Positions 38,783 through 52,440 of a stretch of DNA of 64,000 nt are shown here, piece after piece. The notes beneath the pieces were generated by a model. The model searched no databases. It saw only the letters and a list, made by a program, of their open reading frames with translations, and was not told the origin of the DNA. Every line of letters begins with the position of its first letter. Position 1 is the first letter of the stretch. The translations under genes were made by a program, and so were the position numbers. This stretch comes from Octopus bimaculoides (taxonomy: Eukaryota). The stretch is taken from NCBI RefSeq assembly GCF_001194135.2, contig NC_068991.1, forward strand, positions 52,489,497-52,553,496, read 5' to 3'.

Positions 38783-40335
38783 CATCTATGTTTTACATCT
38801 GCTTTCTATGCTGGTATGGGTTAGATGGATTGTCATTATCTGTGTCTGTTCTTAATGAGTTGTCCTTCTAAATGAGTCAGAGGAGCATATCTTGTACATT
38901 AAGTTTTGGTGTTTTCTACATTTGGATGCATCTCCTATCACCAACAACTGCATTTTGTCATGGTACCAGCTTTAGAGAGGTTGTCATGTTCTCAATAGCG
39001 CCACATTTGTTTATCAACCACCCTGCAGTGGTTGATGAATGCATTATATTGTGGCACCAGCACTAGTGTACTCTGTAAGATGAAAAGGATACTCATTGTT
39101 CTATGTTGTATCTGTTTGCATTGGCTAATGTGAGCTATAGAACAGGTAGACAAGAGAGTGATTGCAGAAGATGAACTAGGATGAAAACAACGAAAAGAAG
39201 CAAGTACATGCAAGAGTAGACTGAATAATTGGGGTGACAGTGTGGAAATGGAAGGAGAAAAGAAGAGAGACATTGCTTGAAAGAGTAATGAAAGAAATGA
39301 TAACAGCAGGGTGTAATGAGAGGGACACAGTAATGGCTAGGGAGAAGTGGGAGGGAATGAAGGATGGAATAGTCATAGATATGACCTGGGAGAGAGGGAG
39401 TGGTTGTGGTGAGCAATATAAAAATATAACAGATGGGTAAAGTTTGCTAGTGAGAGAAGGCAGAGAAGGATTAGTTGAGATTGTGAAAAGACTGAGAGAT
39501 ACTNNNNNNNNNNNNNNNNNNNNNNNNNNNNNNNNNNNNNNNNNNNNNNNNNNNNNNNNNNNNNNNNNNNNNNNNNNNNNNNNNNNNNNNNNNNNNNNNN
39601 NNNNNNNNNNNNNNNNNNNNNNNNNNNNNNNNNNNNNNNNNNNNNNNNNNNNNNNNNNNNNNNNNNNNNNNNNNNNNNNNNNNNNNNNNNNNNNNNNNNN
39701 NNNNNNNNNNNNNNNNNNNNNNNNNNNNNNNNNNNNNNNNNNNNNNNNNNNNNNNNNNNNNNNNNNNNNNNNNNNNNNNNNNNNNNNNNNNNNNNNNNNN
39801 NNNNNNNNNNNNNNNNNNNNNNNNNNNNNNNNNNNNNNNNNNNNNNNNNNNNNNNNNNNNNNNNNNNNNNNNNNNNNNNNNNNNNNNNNNNNNNNNNNNN
39901 NNNNNNNNNNNNNNNNNNNNNNNNNNNNNNNNNNNNNNNNNNNNNNNNNNNNNNNNNNNNNNNNNNNNNNNNNNNNNNNNNNNNNNNNNNNNNNNNNNNN
40001 NNNNNNNNNNNNNNNNNNNNNNNNNNNNNNNNNNNNNNNNNNNNNNNNNNNNNNNNNNNNNNNNNNNNNNNNNNNNNNNNNNNNNNNNNNNNNNNNNNNN
40101 NNNNNNNNNNNNNNNNNNNNNNNNNNNNNNNNNNNNNNNNNNNNNNNNNNNNNNNNNNNNNNNNNNNNNNNNNNNNNNNNNNNNNNNNNNNNNNNNNNNN
40201 NNNNNNNNNNNNNNNNNNNNNNNNNNNNNNNNNNNNNNNNNNNNNNNNNNNNNNNNNNNNNNNNNNNNNNNNNNNNNNNNNNNNNNNNNNNNNNNNNNNN
40301 NNGCAAAATAAAGCCCTATAAGGGTATATATATAT

Positions 40336-40411
40336 AAATTCAGAAGAGTGGTAATTGTATCGATTGCTATTTTCCAGTAAATATTGGTGCCTTATTGTAC
40401 CACTCTTCTGA

Positions 40412-40415
<4 letters not shown>
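40336..40415. repeat. 80-bp mini inverted-repeat element embedded in (TA)n
   Basis: Perfect 18-bp arms AAATTCAGAAGAGTGGTA / TACCACTCTTCTGAATTT around a 44-nt spacer, (TA)n on both sides. Confidence 0.8.
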
Positions 40416-40462
<47 letters not shown>

Positions 40463-41164
40463 TTGTCTGTGTTTACATACTCATAATTTAACAGTTTGGC
40501 AAAAGAGATCTGCAGAATAAGTATGTACCAGGCTTAAAAAAGATAAATACTGGAGTCAATTCATTTGACTAAAATTCTTCAAGGCACTGTCCCAGCATGG
40601 CTGCAACCTAATGACTAGAACAAGTGAAAGATAAAATATTACTTGTTTTTCAAGTTCTGTTTCACTATGTGGCACCTTGGTGGGCATCTGTTATATTCCC
40701 AATTTGACCATACCTTCTTAGTGAATTTAGTAAATGCAAACTGTTGAAGCCCATCATAAAGATATATAATATGTAGCTTGTATGTGTGTATCTTTGTGTT
40801 TGCTTCACCCACTCTCTTGTTATGTTAGCACTGTTTGATAATCTGTGTTAGTTTGTTTACGACTTTGTTAATTTAGTGGCTTGGTAAAGAGAGAGAGATA
40901 GAGAGAGAATGAGCAGTAGAATAAAAACCAGATTTAAAATAAAAATTAGGATTAATTTGATGTACTAAATCCTTTAAGGTGGTGTCCCAGCATGGCCAGT
41001 CCAATATCACATTCCCCATCCCCATCTTTAAATCTTTGGTTTCCATGTTGTTGGATATTTTATTGATATTTTGCATCTGTTTCCTCATAAATGCATGTAT
41101 GGTTATCTATTTGTTGAATCAATTGTTTTATGGTCAGATGCTCATTCTTCCACATAATTGTCAA

Positions 41165-41550
41165 GTTGTATCTTTTTTCTTTTATCATTTCACTCATTAG
41201 ACTGCAGCCATGCTGGGGCACCACCTTGAAGAATTTTTGGTTGAAAGAATTGACCCCAATACTTATTTTTTTAAAGCCTGGTACTTAATTCTCTCGGTTC
41301 CTTTTGCTGAACCACTAAGTTAAAGGAACACCAGTTCTGAAGCAGTGGTGGGGACAGGGGACAAGCAGACATAAAGACACATACAAAGAGACACACACAC
41401 ACTAAGCTTCTTTCAGTTCCCACTCACAAGTCTTTTGTCTGCCCAAGGCTCTAGTAGAAGATACTTGCCAAAGGTGTCACACAGTGGGACTGAACCCAGA
41501 AACACAAGGTTGAGAAGCAAGCTTCTTACCACATAGCCTTGCCTGTGCCT
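41165..41550 (-). mobile_element. SINE family A copy, antisense
   Basis: Reverse complement of family A blocks (cattagactgcagccatgctggggcaccacc ... gcttcttaccacatagcc). Confidence 0.85.
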
Positions 41551-42511
41551 GTAGTGTAATCTTTATTTTATTTTTTTTATCAGTCAGGCATCTAAACTAG
41601 GCAGAGTTAAGTTCCTTGCTTTCAGAGGAAGACTATGACAATTGTAAGATTTGAACTTCTGCATAATATGTTCTTTCTTAGAAATGACCTATTTTTGACA
41701 CACCATGCCCTGTAAAGCATAATGTCTTTTTTTTTTATCAGAGCCAAATAAATATATAAAATTTATGTGAATTATACAAAAGAGACACTTATATGCTATC
41801 ACCAGGGTAGATTTATTAAAGTTTAAATAAATCTAAAAAATTGTTTCTGGGTGTTGCATTATAAACCTAAGAAATTTTGGTGCTTTAATTTTTTTTAATT
41901 TTTTTTTTTATTATTAATGAAGTTGAATTGTGATCATAAAAGCCTCTGCAAACCAAACAGTTTTCTATGTGATTGTTAACTAAATGCAATATTAAAGGTC
42001 ACTGAGTAACGAATAGCATTTCAGGAAGTTTGATTGATTTAAATTGCATTTGACATTACAAAGTTTATTGAATATAAATTAGGTAAACTGAAAAGGTCAT
42101 CCTCCTTAAGGCACACTAGATAGAATTAGGGTTGATTACTATTCCAAAGAGATTTTGGTAAAAATTATATCATGCTTATAGATTACAAAATTTCATTATT
42201 AGGGTATTGTTTCATCCGTCTCTTTTGGTTTGTGTTCAAATTCCACCAAGGTTGACTTTGCCTTTTAAACTTTTGGTGTTGAAAAGACAAATGCCAGTTG
42301 AGCACTGGAGTTGATGTAATCAACTAACACTCCCCCACTCCAAATTTCAGGCCTTGTGCCTATAATAAAAGGGATTATTAGTGCTTTGTTTATGTTAGTA
42401 CTTGACGCATTGACCCAGAGTTGTTGAGTAATCTTAATCATTTCAACTTGAGTAGAGAATTGCGGCATATAAAGATGAGTAAACTTGCATGACCGGAATG
42501 CTGCAAATGTT

Positions 42512-42676
<165 letters not shown>

Positions 42677-42734
42677 CTGAGAGATTGTGTGTAAGTGTAA
42701 GGTTGACATGCAAATTTGTGAAGCATTCTGTATT

Positions 42735-43170
42735 TTTCTGGTGCAGGCATGGCTATATAGTTAAAAAGCTTGATTCCCAACCATGAAGTCTTGAGTTTAA
42801 TCTCACTTTGTGGAATCTTGAGCAAGTTTCTTCTACTGTAGTGCTGGGTCAACCAAAGCCTTATGAATGGATTTGGTGGGTGGAAACTGTCCTGTGTGTG
42901 TGTGTATGTATATATGCATATGTATATATGTATTTATATTATTTGTGTGTGTGTGTGTGTGTGCATTTGGATATTTTTGTTTGTCCCCAACCACTACTTG
43001 ACAATTGGTGTTGGTTTGTTTACATCTCCATAACTTAACAGTTCAACATAAGAGACTGATAGGATTAGTACCAAACTTAATCAAAACAAAATAAGTACTG
43101 TGGTTGATCTGTTCGGCTAAACCCTTCAAGGCAGTGTCCCAGCATAGCTTCAGTCCAATGACTGAACTAA
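42735..43170 (+). mobile_element. SINE family A copy
   Basis: Same head/centre/tail blocks with internal (TG)n. Confidence 0.8.
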
Positions 43171-43819
43171 GGAATGTGTGTGTGTGTGTGTGTGTGTGCA
43201 TGCATGTATGTGTGTTGTGTAATTCACTTTTGTCTTTTGTACAATGATTATGTATTTTGAAATTGAAGTGTATTGACTCTGTTTTGCATTTCTGTATGTT
43301 TCTGAAAGTTTTTTTCCATCAGTGGCAAGGATGAGGTTGATTACTCACCCATTGTCTAATTGATCAAGCAGTCATTATTAGTCAAATGGAAAACTTGTTT
43401 GGATCCTTTCATTTATTTATCTCATCTAAAATTGACTACAATTTTTCTTGTCAGAGGATTACTTGTTTACATTTTTCACTTCTGTCTGGGTTTTTTTTTC
43501 TTACTGTTTTTTAACACAAACATTGTTAATTCTGAAATTGTGAGTATTATTAATTATTTACTTGACAACCACATAATCGTTAATGATTAATTTTAATTCC
43601 TACATGATGCAAGAGGATTTAGGTAATACTAAGCTTTTATTTGAAATAACAAAATTAATGACTATTATAAGTATTTCTAAATTGTTTATATGCATGTAAA
43701 ATGCAGTTGTTTTCTCTTGAGAAATGCAAGTTGAGGCCATATTCTTTAGAATTGGTGATAAAATGAGATTGTTTCAGGGATGCTGAGAACTAATTACAAT
43801 GGAAATAAAAATTGTTTGC

Positions 43820-44372
43820 TTAGGGGGTGTAGCCAGCCCACTTATGTGTACCTTTCCTTCATTGGACACTAAACTCTGTTTGCGAAGACCTGTTGAGGCA
43901 AATGAAATCGATCCAAGTTTGACGACTGGTACCCATGCCAACCTCTCCTTCATTGGACGCTGAACTCGGCTTGCAAGGACATGTTGGGTCAAGTGAAATC
44001 AAAATCGTGATTGAACCAAGTTCGATGACTGGCAGCTGTGCCAGTGGAGTGCCAAGAGCACCGTCCGAACATGATCATTGCCAGAGCAGCTGTTTGGCTT
44101 CCGTGCGTGATCGTTATCAGCGTCGCCTTACTGGCACTTGTGCTGGTGGTACGTGAAAAAACATTCGAGTGAGGTCGTTGCCAGTGCTGCTGGCACGTAA
44201 AAGCACCCACTACACTCTCGGAGTGGTTGGCATTATGAAGGACATCCAGCTGTAGAAACTCTGCCAGATCAGATTGGAGCCTGGTGCAGCCTTCTGGTTC
44301 ACCAGTCCTCAGTCAAATCGTCCAACCCATGCTAGCATGGAAGGCGGACGTTAAATGATGATGATGATGATG
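43820..44372 (+). mobile_element. RTE LINE 3' UTR fragment (same family as 18.5-20.3 kb)
   Basis: Shares 3' UTR blocks (cctttccttcattggacactaaactctg; gctagcatggaaggcggacgttaaa) and ends in (GAT)n. Confidence 0.85.
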
Positions 44373-44640
44373 TCTTATTGATTCTAAAAATTACTGTGCA
44401 AATATTGTAACAGTCCAGCTGAAGGTGAAATTGACTCGTTGAAATAAATGTCATTATTATTTTTATAATAATAGCACAGGTGTAATGCTTTAGTTAGGTT
44501 ATACAATTTAGATCACTCCTAAGTCTTTATTCTGTGCTGCCAGTCTTTTTCCTTGTAGACTTCACAAAGATGATTCTTTTGGTTTTATGACAAATATTCT
44601 AGAAACATAGTCCCAGAACATTGGTTCGGCTATTTTATTA

Positions 44641-46385
44641 CAATTGAAAGGTTGCTCAATAAAGAGAATGAATGGGAGAAAGAGAGTCTGTCGAATGTCG
44701 ACCCAACTGAGGGACCAGCTATCTGNNNNNNNNNNCCCCCCCGGCCCATCAGGAATCACTGCAGAGATGCTCAAAATATCTAGCAGTGTCAGCTATAGCC
44801 TAGTCACCCGTATAGTTAACCAGGTAATACACGAAGGAGTCATACCCAATGACTGGTGTGATAGCACCATAGTTAACTGCTACAAAGGTAAAGGTGACAC
44901 TGTAGATACAAATAATTAGAGGTGTCAAGTTAATGAAGGTCATGGAGAGGGTCATAGCTCAACTAATTAGGGAGAGTCAGTTTAGATGAGATGCAGTTTG
45001 GGTTCATGCTAGGGAAAAGCATCACTAATGCTATATTTCTGGTAAGATAGCTGCAGGAGAAATACCTAGCCAAAGATAAACCTCTGTACCTGGCTTTCGT
45101 TGACATGGAGAAAGCCTTTGACAGGGTCTCCTGATCCCTTATCTGGTGGTCAATGAGGAAACTAGGGATAGATGAATGGTTAGTGAGAGCTGTGCAAGCT
45201 ATGTACAGGGACGCTGTCAGTAAGGTAAGGGTTGGCAACGAGTACAGTGAAGAATTCCGAGTAGAGGTAGAGGTCCACCAAGGTTCAGTCCTCAGTCTCC
45301 TCCAGGCAATAACAGAGGAATTCAAGATAGGATGCCCTTGGGAGCTCCTCCATGCTGATGACCTTGCTCTAATTGCTGAGTCATTATCAGAACTAGAGAA
45401 GTTTCAGGTGTAGAAGTAAGGATTAGAGTCGAAGGGCCATAGCGTCAACCTAGCTAAAACCAAAGTCCTAATAAGTAAAAAGGCAGACAAACCACAAATC
45501 CCTTCAGGTAGATGGCCCTGCTCGATCTGTAGAAAAGGCGGAGGTAGAAACTCTATAAGATGTACCCAGTGTAACCTATGGACACATAAGAGGTGCAGCA
45601 ATATCAAAAGAAGGCTAACTGGGAAGTTAGTTTTTGCATGTGGCAGATGCTCAGGGGTAATAAACACTGAAAATGTGCAGAGAACAACTTCCGCCACATT
45701 CCAGGGAGAAAAACTAGAAGTAGTTGATAGTTTCTGTTACCTAGGTGACTAAATCAGTAGCAGGGGAGGGTGTGCACTGAACGTGTAGCTGCTAGAATAA
45801 GAATAGCCTGGGCAAAGTTCAGAGAGGTCCTACCTCTGCTGGTGACAAAGGGCCTCTCGCTCAGAATAAAATGTATGATGCATGTGTACAAATAGCCGTG
45901 AAACATGGGCTATGACTGCTGAGGACATGCGTAAGCTTGCAAGGAATGAAGCCAGTACGCTCCGCTGGATGTGTAATGTCAGTGTGCATGCTCGACAGAG
46001 TGTAAGTACCTTGAGAGAAAAGTTGAACCTAAGAAGCATCAGATGTGGTGTGCAAGAGAGACGACTGCGCTGGTATTGTCATATGGTGAGAATGGACAAG
46101 GATAGCTGTGTGAAAAAGTGCCACACCCTAGCAGTTGAGGGAACCTGTGGAAGAGGTAGACCCAGGAAGACCTGAGATGAGGTGGTGAAGCACGACCTTC
46201 AAACATTAGGCCTCACCCAGGCAATGACTAGTGAACGAGACCTTTGGAAGTCTGCAGTGCGTGAGAAGACCCGGCAAGCCAGGTGAGACCATAACCCGTG
46301 GCCTATGCCAGGGGTGTAACCAGCCCACTTTTGCGTACCTTTCCTTCATTGGACACTAAACTCTGCTTGCGAAAACCTGTTGAGG
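44641..46385 (+). mobile_element. RTE-clade LINE RT region with inserted C4HC3 (PHD-like) finger; pseudogenised
   Basis: FVDMEKAFDRV, VHQGSVLS, WELLHADDL, WPCSICRKG..CTQC..HKRC..CGRC, RLRWYCHMVRM, GRGRPRKT; stops and frameshifts present. Confidence 0.93.
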
Positions 46386-46552
46386 CGAGGAGGGTTTTCC
46401 ACTGCATGGATTGCCTCTGTCTCTTGCTATCATGAGTCTAACACCCTTACCACTAAGTTCCGCATCTCCATGAAGTAAAGTTGCTTCCTGTGTCATATAG
46501 ACTCATAGGACCGGTTTTCATGATGTATATAGACTGTAAACAAACAGGAAAC

Positions 46553-47641
46553 AACTTCTATCTCATTCCAGGGTGAAAAACTAGAGGTAGTCGATAGCTT
46601 CCGCTATCTGGGCGACCAAGTTAGTAGTGGGGGTGGGTGCGCTGAAAGTGTAGCTGCTAGAATAAGAATAGCCTGGGCAAAGTTTAGAGAGCTCTTACCC
46701 CTGCTGGCGACAAAGGGACTCTCACTCAGAGTAAAAGGCAGACTGTATGACGCATGCGTACGAACAGCCATGCTACATGGCAGTGAAGCATGGGCTGTAA
46801 CTGCTGAGGACATACGTAAGCTCGCAAGGAATGAAGCCAGTATGCTCCGTTGGATGTGTAATGTCAATGTGAATACCCGTCAGAGTGTAAGTATNNNNNN
46901 NNNNNNNNNNNNNNNNNNNNNNNNNNNNNNNNNNNNNNNNNNNNNNNNNNNNNNNNNNNNNNNNNNNNNNNNNNNNNNNNNNNNNNNNNNNNNNNNNNNN
47001 NNNNNNNNNNNNNNNNNNNNNNNNNNNNNNNNNNNNNNNNNNNNNNNNNNNNNNNNNNNNNNNNNNNNNNNNNNNNNNNNNNNNNNNNNNNNNNNNNNNN
47101 NNNNNNNNNNNNNNNNNNNNNNNNNNNNNNNNNNNNNNNNNNNNNNNNNNNNNNNNNNNNNNNNNNNNNNNNNNNNNNNNNNNNNNNNNNNNNNNNNNNN
47201 NNNNNNNNNNNNNNNNNNNNNNNNNNNNNNNNNNNNNNNNNNNNNNNNNNNNNNNNNNNNNNNNNNNNNNNNNNNNNNNNNNNNNNNNNNNNNNNNNNNN
47301 NNNNNNNNNNNNNNNNNNNNNNNNNNNNNNNNNNNNNNNNNNNNNNNNNNNNNNNNNNNNNNNNNNNNNNNNNNNNNNNNNNNNNNNNNNNNNNNNNNNN
47401 NNNNNNNNNNNNNNNNNNNNNNNNNNNNNNNNNNNNNNNNNNNNNNNNNNNNNNNNNNGACACGTAAAAGCACCCACTACACTCTCTGAGTGGTTGGCGT
47501 TAGGAAGGGCATCCAGCTGTAGAAACTCTGCCAAATTAGATTGGAGCCTGGTGTTGCCATCCGGTTTCACCAGTCCTCAGTCAAATCGTCCAACCCATGC
47601 TAGCATGGAAAGCGGACGTTAAACGATGATGATGATGATGA
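46553..47641 (+). mobile_element. RTE LINE 3' fragment (gap inside) inserted into a SINE
   Basis: FQGEKLEVVDSFRYLGDQV...LYDACVRTAMLHGSEAW; 3' tail to (GAT)n at 47641; flanks are two halves of one SINE. Confidence 0.88.
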
Positions 47642-47899
47642 TATTCCCCACCTGGAGGGAACACCAGTCTGTCATGGGATTATTAATTTTTAGCAGCTGA
47701 GTGGACTGGGACAACGTGAAATGAAGCACTTTGCCCAAGAACACATGTCATCCGGTCCAGGAATCAAAGCCACAATCTAACGATCATTGGTCCAACACCC
47801 TAACTACTAAGTCACATGCCTCCACTTACCTTTGCTAGGTTTACCTTAAGTCCTCTTAATTTTTGATTTGGCTTCTAAGCCAGGAATTCCCCCCTCCAT

Positions 47900-49200
47900 A
47901 TATATATGCATGTCTGTGACTTGCTACGTTGAAGAGGTTTCTTTGAAGGTTGTTATTTCCAATTTTTATCTCAAAACGTTGATGCTCTTATGTGAATTAT
48001 AAAGCCATTCCTTTTGATTTTGTTGAGAAATATTCAAATTTTATTTTACATTGAATTCTTTTGACTCTATTCTTTATTTTCTCATTTCAATTTTGTTGCT
48101 GTTGTTCAGTGCCTCATTAAGTATGATAAAACAGCTTTATAATAAAATGTTCCAAGTTGTGATCCTCTTTTTATTCAGTGTTAATTTGTCCAGTTGTCCT
48201 CCATAGTTTTAGACACTAAGATCTGATTTTAAGTAGATTTGGCTGTGGTCTTTAGCATTTTGAGTGATCATGTAGAGGCTCCTGGTACATTTTCATTGCT
48301 GCTTATTCCTTTGTTTACTCTCCAAAATTAGTAAAATATTTTTTACTTTATAATTTCAGAATCTCTTATTTTTCATATCTTTCTAAATCTCTTTAACTCA
48401 TTAACTTTTTAGTTCTTAATTATTATTTATTAAATTCTTTTACCACAAATTTTTCTGAAGAAAGAAAAAAAACGAACAAAAAGATAATTTAATCATGAGT
48501 GCGCATATTAAAAAAAAATGTATAATATTAATCATTCCAAGTTTTCTCTCGTTAAATATTTAACGAACTTCCATTAGTTCTTGCATAGTTTTTCTATTAA
48601 TCTATGCAATATTCTTAAAATATCGATCAATTTGACATTAGGCAAGATATCTCTCTAGTATTTAACTCTAATTTAAAAGTTTTTTTATTCTCTGAAATTT
48701 CAGTGAGTTTTTTTTTTTGTTTTTAAAGCTGCTTATTTAATGAACTTTGAATTTTTTTTGTTTACATAACTTCATAACTTTCAACAAAATGTTGAGCTTA
48801 GGTTTGTGTGTCAGATATTAAAATTTGATGTGGTCTGTGGGTATAAAAATAGTTCTGTTGAAATAACTTCCTCTTATTTAGTAGCAGGAAACCTTGTTGT
48901 CAAAGAAGATATTAGATCTAGTGATAGATACCTGTCTACGATCATTTTAACATGGAATAATCTGTTGTACAACCACCTCTCCAATAATACCCAGAGTTCA
49001 GATCAAATGACAGCGCAGAGCAAAGGTGATTGACAAACACTGGTTTCAGTTGTGATGCAGATGTTTTTTCAGTTGTACAAAGTAATTTGAGCTCAGTAAG
49101 TTGTTCCCACCCTGTGGCATCTATTTGCAGCTAAGTAGACTTGGTTGTTTGTGAATTAAGCATGTAAGCTACACATGCACTACACTGCTGATGTCTGAAC
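47900..49200 (-). mobile_element. Possible very old PLE N-terminal remnant
   Basis: SITFALRCH resembles HLxFNLRC of Penelope ORF N-termini; otherwise stop-riddled. Confidence 0.25.
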
Positions 49201-50029
49201 TACCAAACTCTTGGTTGACTGTCTTTAATCTTTTATTTGTTTCAGTCATCAGACTGCGGCCATGCTGGGGCACTACCTTGAATTTTAGTTGAACAAGCCG
49301 ATCCCAGTACTTACTTTTCTAAGCCTGCTACTTGTTCTATTGATCCCTTTTGCTGAACTTCTAAGTTACTGAGATATAAACTCACCAACACCAGTTGTCT
49401 AGCAGTGGTGGGGGACAAGTTAACATCCACTGTTCAATGATGGTAATAAAATTTGTGCAGGGAAGGGCATCCAGCTACAATACCATGCCAAAGTAGACAT
49501 TACAACATAATGCAATCTTTCAGACCTTTTTGATCCTGTCAAAAAAGATGGGTGTTAGGAGGAGATGATGATGGTGATGATATTGAACATGCTTTACATA
49601 TGGACTACAAAACTCAAAAACAATCTTAGCAAATACACGTAGAACTGAAGTGACTACATTCCATATCAGTTATGTAACCATGACTAATTTAGCCCTTAAC
49701 TATTGCTGGGACATTAATCTTGCACCTTGCTACAAAAGGTACACAAAGTTATTTTGTCCCTTGTCCATCCTCTGATTACCTTTGTTGCAAAGTAAGTCTG
49801 GTCTGTTCACTGAACACTTGCAAGTAACATTTAAATTGAGCATGTTGGTTTTTGCTTGCATAGTATCACATTACATAATAAGTTATGATAACTGATTGTG
49901 TAGAAAACTTTGTGGCACTCAGGGCATGTTGCTCCTATTTAATGTCTCATCTATTCATTTATGATTTAACTGTTGTTTACCACATGAGAAACAAAGTGAA
50001 TTTAGCCTGCTTTTCTGCTCAACATTTAG

Positions 50030-50420
50030 TCTAAGTATCGGATATTCAGTCAAGTTATTACATAACAAGCAACATTCCTTCTTTGCCCCTATCAGGTTTT
50101 CTATACTGTCGTTGATTTACATCTAGGCATTTAAATATTGATAAGGTTTGTATCACAGTTGTCACGTTCACTGTCTGCCATATTCGATTATGTTAATCTT
50201 ACAATGGCCTTTCCTTGTGTGAAGCTTGTTGAGGAACTTCTAGTTCTTGAAGAGATATTTGTTGGAAGACAACAGCTGTTTCTTAGTTGGCTTTGGTTGT
50301 TTGTCTTAAATACAGTTAACATTGCATCTCTTTTTTGCATGTTGGTAATTGCTGTTGCTGTAGAGAGTACATCAATGTAATGAATTGTGTTCAAAGAGCC
50401 TCTTTCCGAAATTGAAATGT
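50030..50420 (-). mobile_element. Possible decayed PLE pre-RT fragment
   Basis: With one frameshift reads (D)KGKAIVRLNIIEY, resembling the PLE ADKGNAVVILNxxDY motif. Confidence 0.35.
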
Positions 50421-50424
50421 TAGT

Positions 50425-50610
50425 GTGGAAGTCAAGAGCTCTGGCACTGTCAGCCCCCAGACCACATCCAGTTCACCACTATTGGGGCACAAATGGCTAT
50501 CTACAAGTGCAAGCCCTCTGAGTCAGAGTGATTGTTCCAGTGCATCTCCCTCACCAGCCTCTGGGACAGTGCTTTTCCATGTTGTCCTCTTGGACCATGA
50601 GGCGGACTAA
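50425..50610 (-). mobile_element. RTE 3' terminal coding fragment
   Basis: KRTTWKSTV...LVDSHLCP resembles the RPRTTWKRTV...LCP terminus. Confidence 0.4.
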
Positions 50611-51539
50611 CAAGCCTTTTTAGATATTACTTGTTACTTATCACTTTATTTAACCAATCATAATTTACTAAATTAGTTATACTATATTTAGAAGGTTCTA
50701 ACATAGGCACAAGGCTAACAGTTTGGAGGAAGGGAAATGTGCGATGGTAATATAAAAGGTGTTGAGTATAAGAGAGAGAGTGATTTTAGACTGGTGTAAC
50801 ATTAGTATAGTAAAGTGTTACTAATCTATATGTTCATGGTTGATTGAAAATGTAGTTTGAGAGGCTGTGTTAGAGCAGACATTATTAATGATGACTTAAC
50901 TAACATAAATTGTTTATGGAACAAATGTTATGATACTTTAATACTGTTCTGATGACTTTCCAGCACTGACATATCAAAGTTGAAGTCTAGCATGACAATG
51001 CTTAACTTTTTTACTTCTGACAGTTATCTTAAAATACCAACCAGACACTTATAAAACTATTTGAAACTAGTTGCATGGGAAAATATCAACTGGAAATAAT
51101 TGTGTTGCTGATATTAGATTGAAGGACATTTATGTTTTCAAATTTCAAATGGTATCAGATCTATCAGCAGCAAACTGAAGGGTTACATTTCTTATACAGT
51201 TAGATACAGTTATTGATTAATTTCTCTGCTATCTTGTTAATAAGCTTTGTTTGTGTTTAACAATAGCAACAAAATGCTGGCAACCTGTGTCATTTTCAGT
51301 TTTATTGTTGTGTGTAAAGAAGGGCTTGTGAGGAATTTATTTGAGAAGAAGGATATGGTAGTGGGTAGGGAATTAGAAATGACAGACAGATGACAGAAGG
51401 CAGTTAGAGCACTTAGCAACAGTCCTAGATATTGAAGAATTACAGTAAAAGAGAACTTACCAGTGTCACCTCCCAAACTCTAAAACTAAACACTTTATCT
51501 AGTCATTTCTCTTTAGAACTGAAGTCAGCTGTGTGCATA

Positions 51540-52440
51540 GTCGCAAATGTGACTGTGTGGTAAGAGAAACTTGCTACCTAACCACATGGTTCCAGGTTCA
51601 GTCTTACTGCATGGCACTTTGGGCAAGTGTCTTCTACTATAACCTCGGGCCAACCAAAGCTTCTGAGTGGGTTTGGTAGACAGAAAGTGAAAGAAGCCCA
51701 TTGTGTGTGTTTTTATCCCCCACCACCATTTGACAACTGGTGTTGATGTATTTATGTCCCCATAACTTAGCAGTTCAGCAAAAGAGACCAACAGAATAAG
51801 TACCAGGTTTTAAAAAAAGTACTGGAGTTAATTCATTTGACTGAAAAATTCTCCAAGGCAGTGCCCCAGCATGGCCCACAGTCTAATGACTGAAACAAGT
51901 AAAAGATGAGGTACTCCCATTTTACAGGCATCAAACCTGCCAAACTTCAAACTGAACATTAGTCATTTTATTTCTGTTAATGGATTTCTATAAATTTTTC
52001 TGTAGTAGCATGATGCAGGTTATTTGAATGTTGGAATATTTACATATTAAAGTGAGACTCTCTTTCTAAACATGTATAAAATGTATGTTTACACGATTTG
52101 AACTGACATTGCATCCGTAAAATAGCACCTTCTGCTAGAGCCTTGGGCCGATCAAAGCCTTGTGAATAGATTTGGTAGATGGAAACTGAAAGAAGCCCAT
52201 CATTTTTACACACACACATACACGTGTCCTTTTTGTCTCTGTTTATCCTCCACTACCACTTGACATCCAGTGCTGGTTTGTTTACATCACCTTAACTTAG
52301 TGGTTCACCAACAGAGACCAATAGAATAAGTACCAGGCTTAAAGAAAAAAGTATTGGGGACAATTCATTCTATTAAAATTTCTCCAAGGCAGTGCCCCAG
52401 CATGGCCACAATCTAATGCCTGATATAAGTAAGCAGAAAA
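51540..52440 (+). mobile_element. Two tandem SINE family A copies
   Basis: Two successive matches (~51540-51907, ~52110-52440) to the 61384 copy. Confidence 0.85.

Noticed and set aside
47925-47985. TTGAAGAGG...CTCAAAACGTT as a decayed hammerhead (also ~52960-53000)
   Set aside because: Needs several core changes and has no convincing stem I or II.
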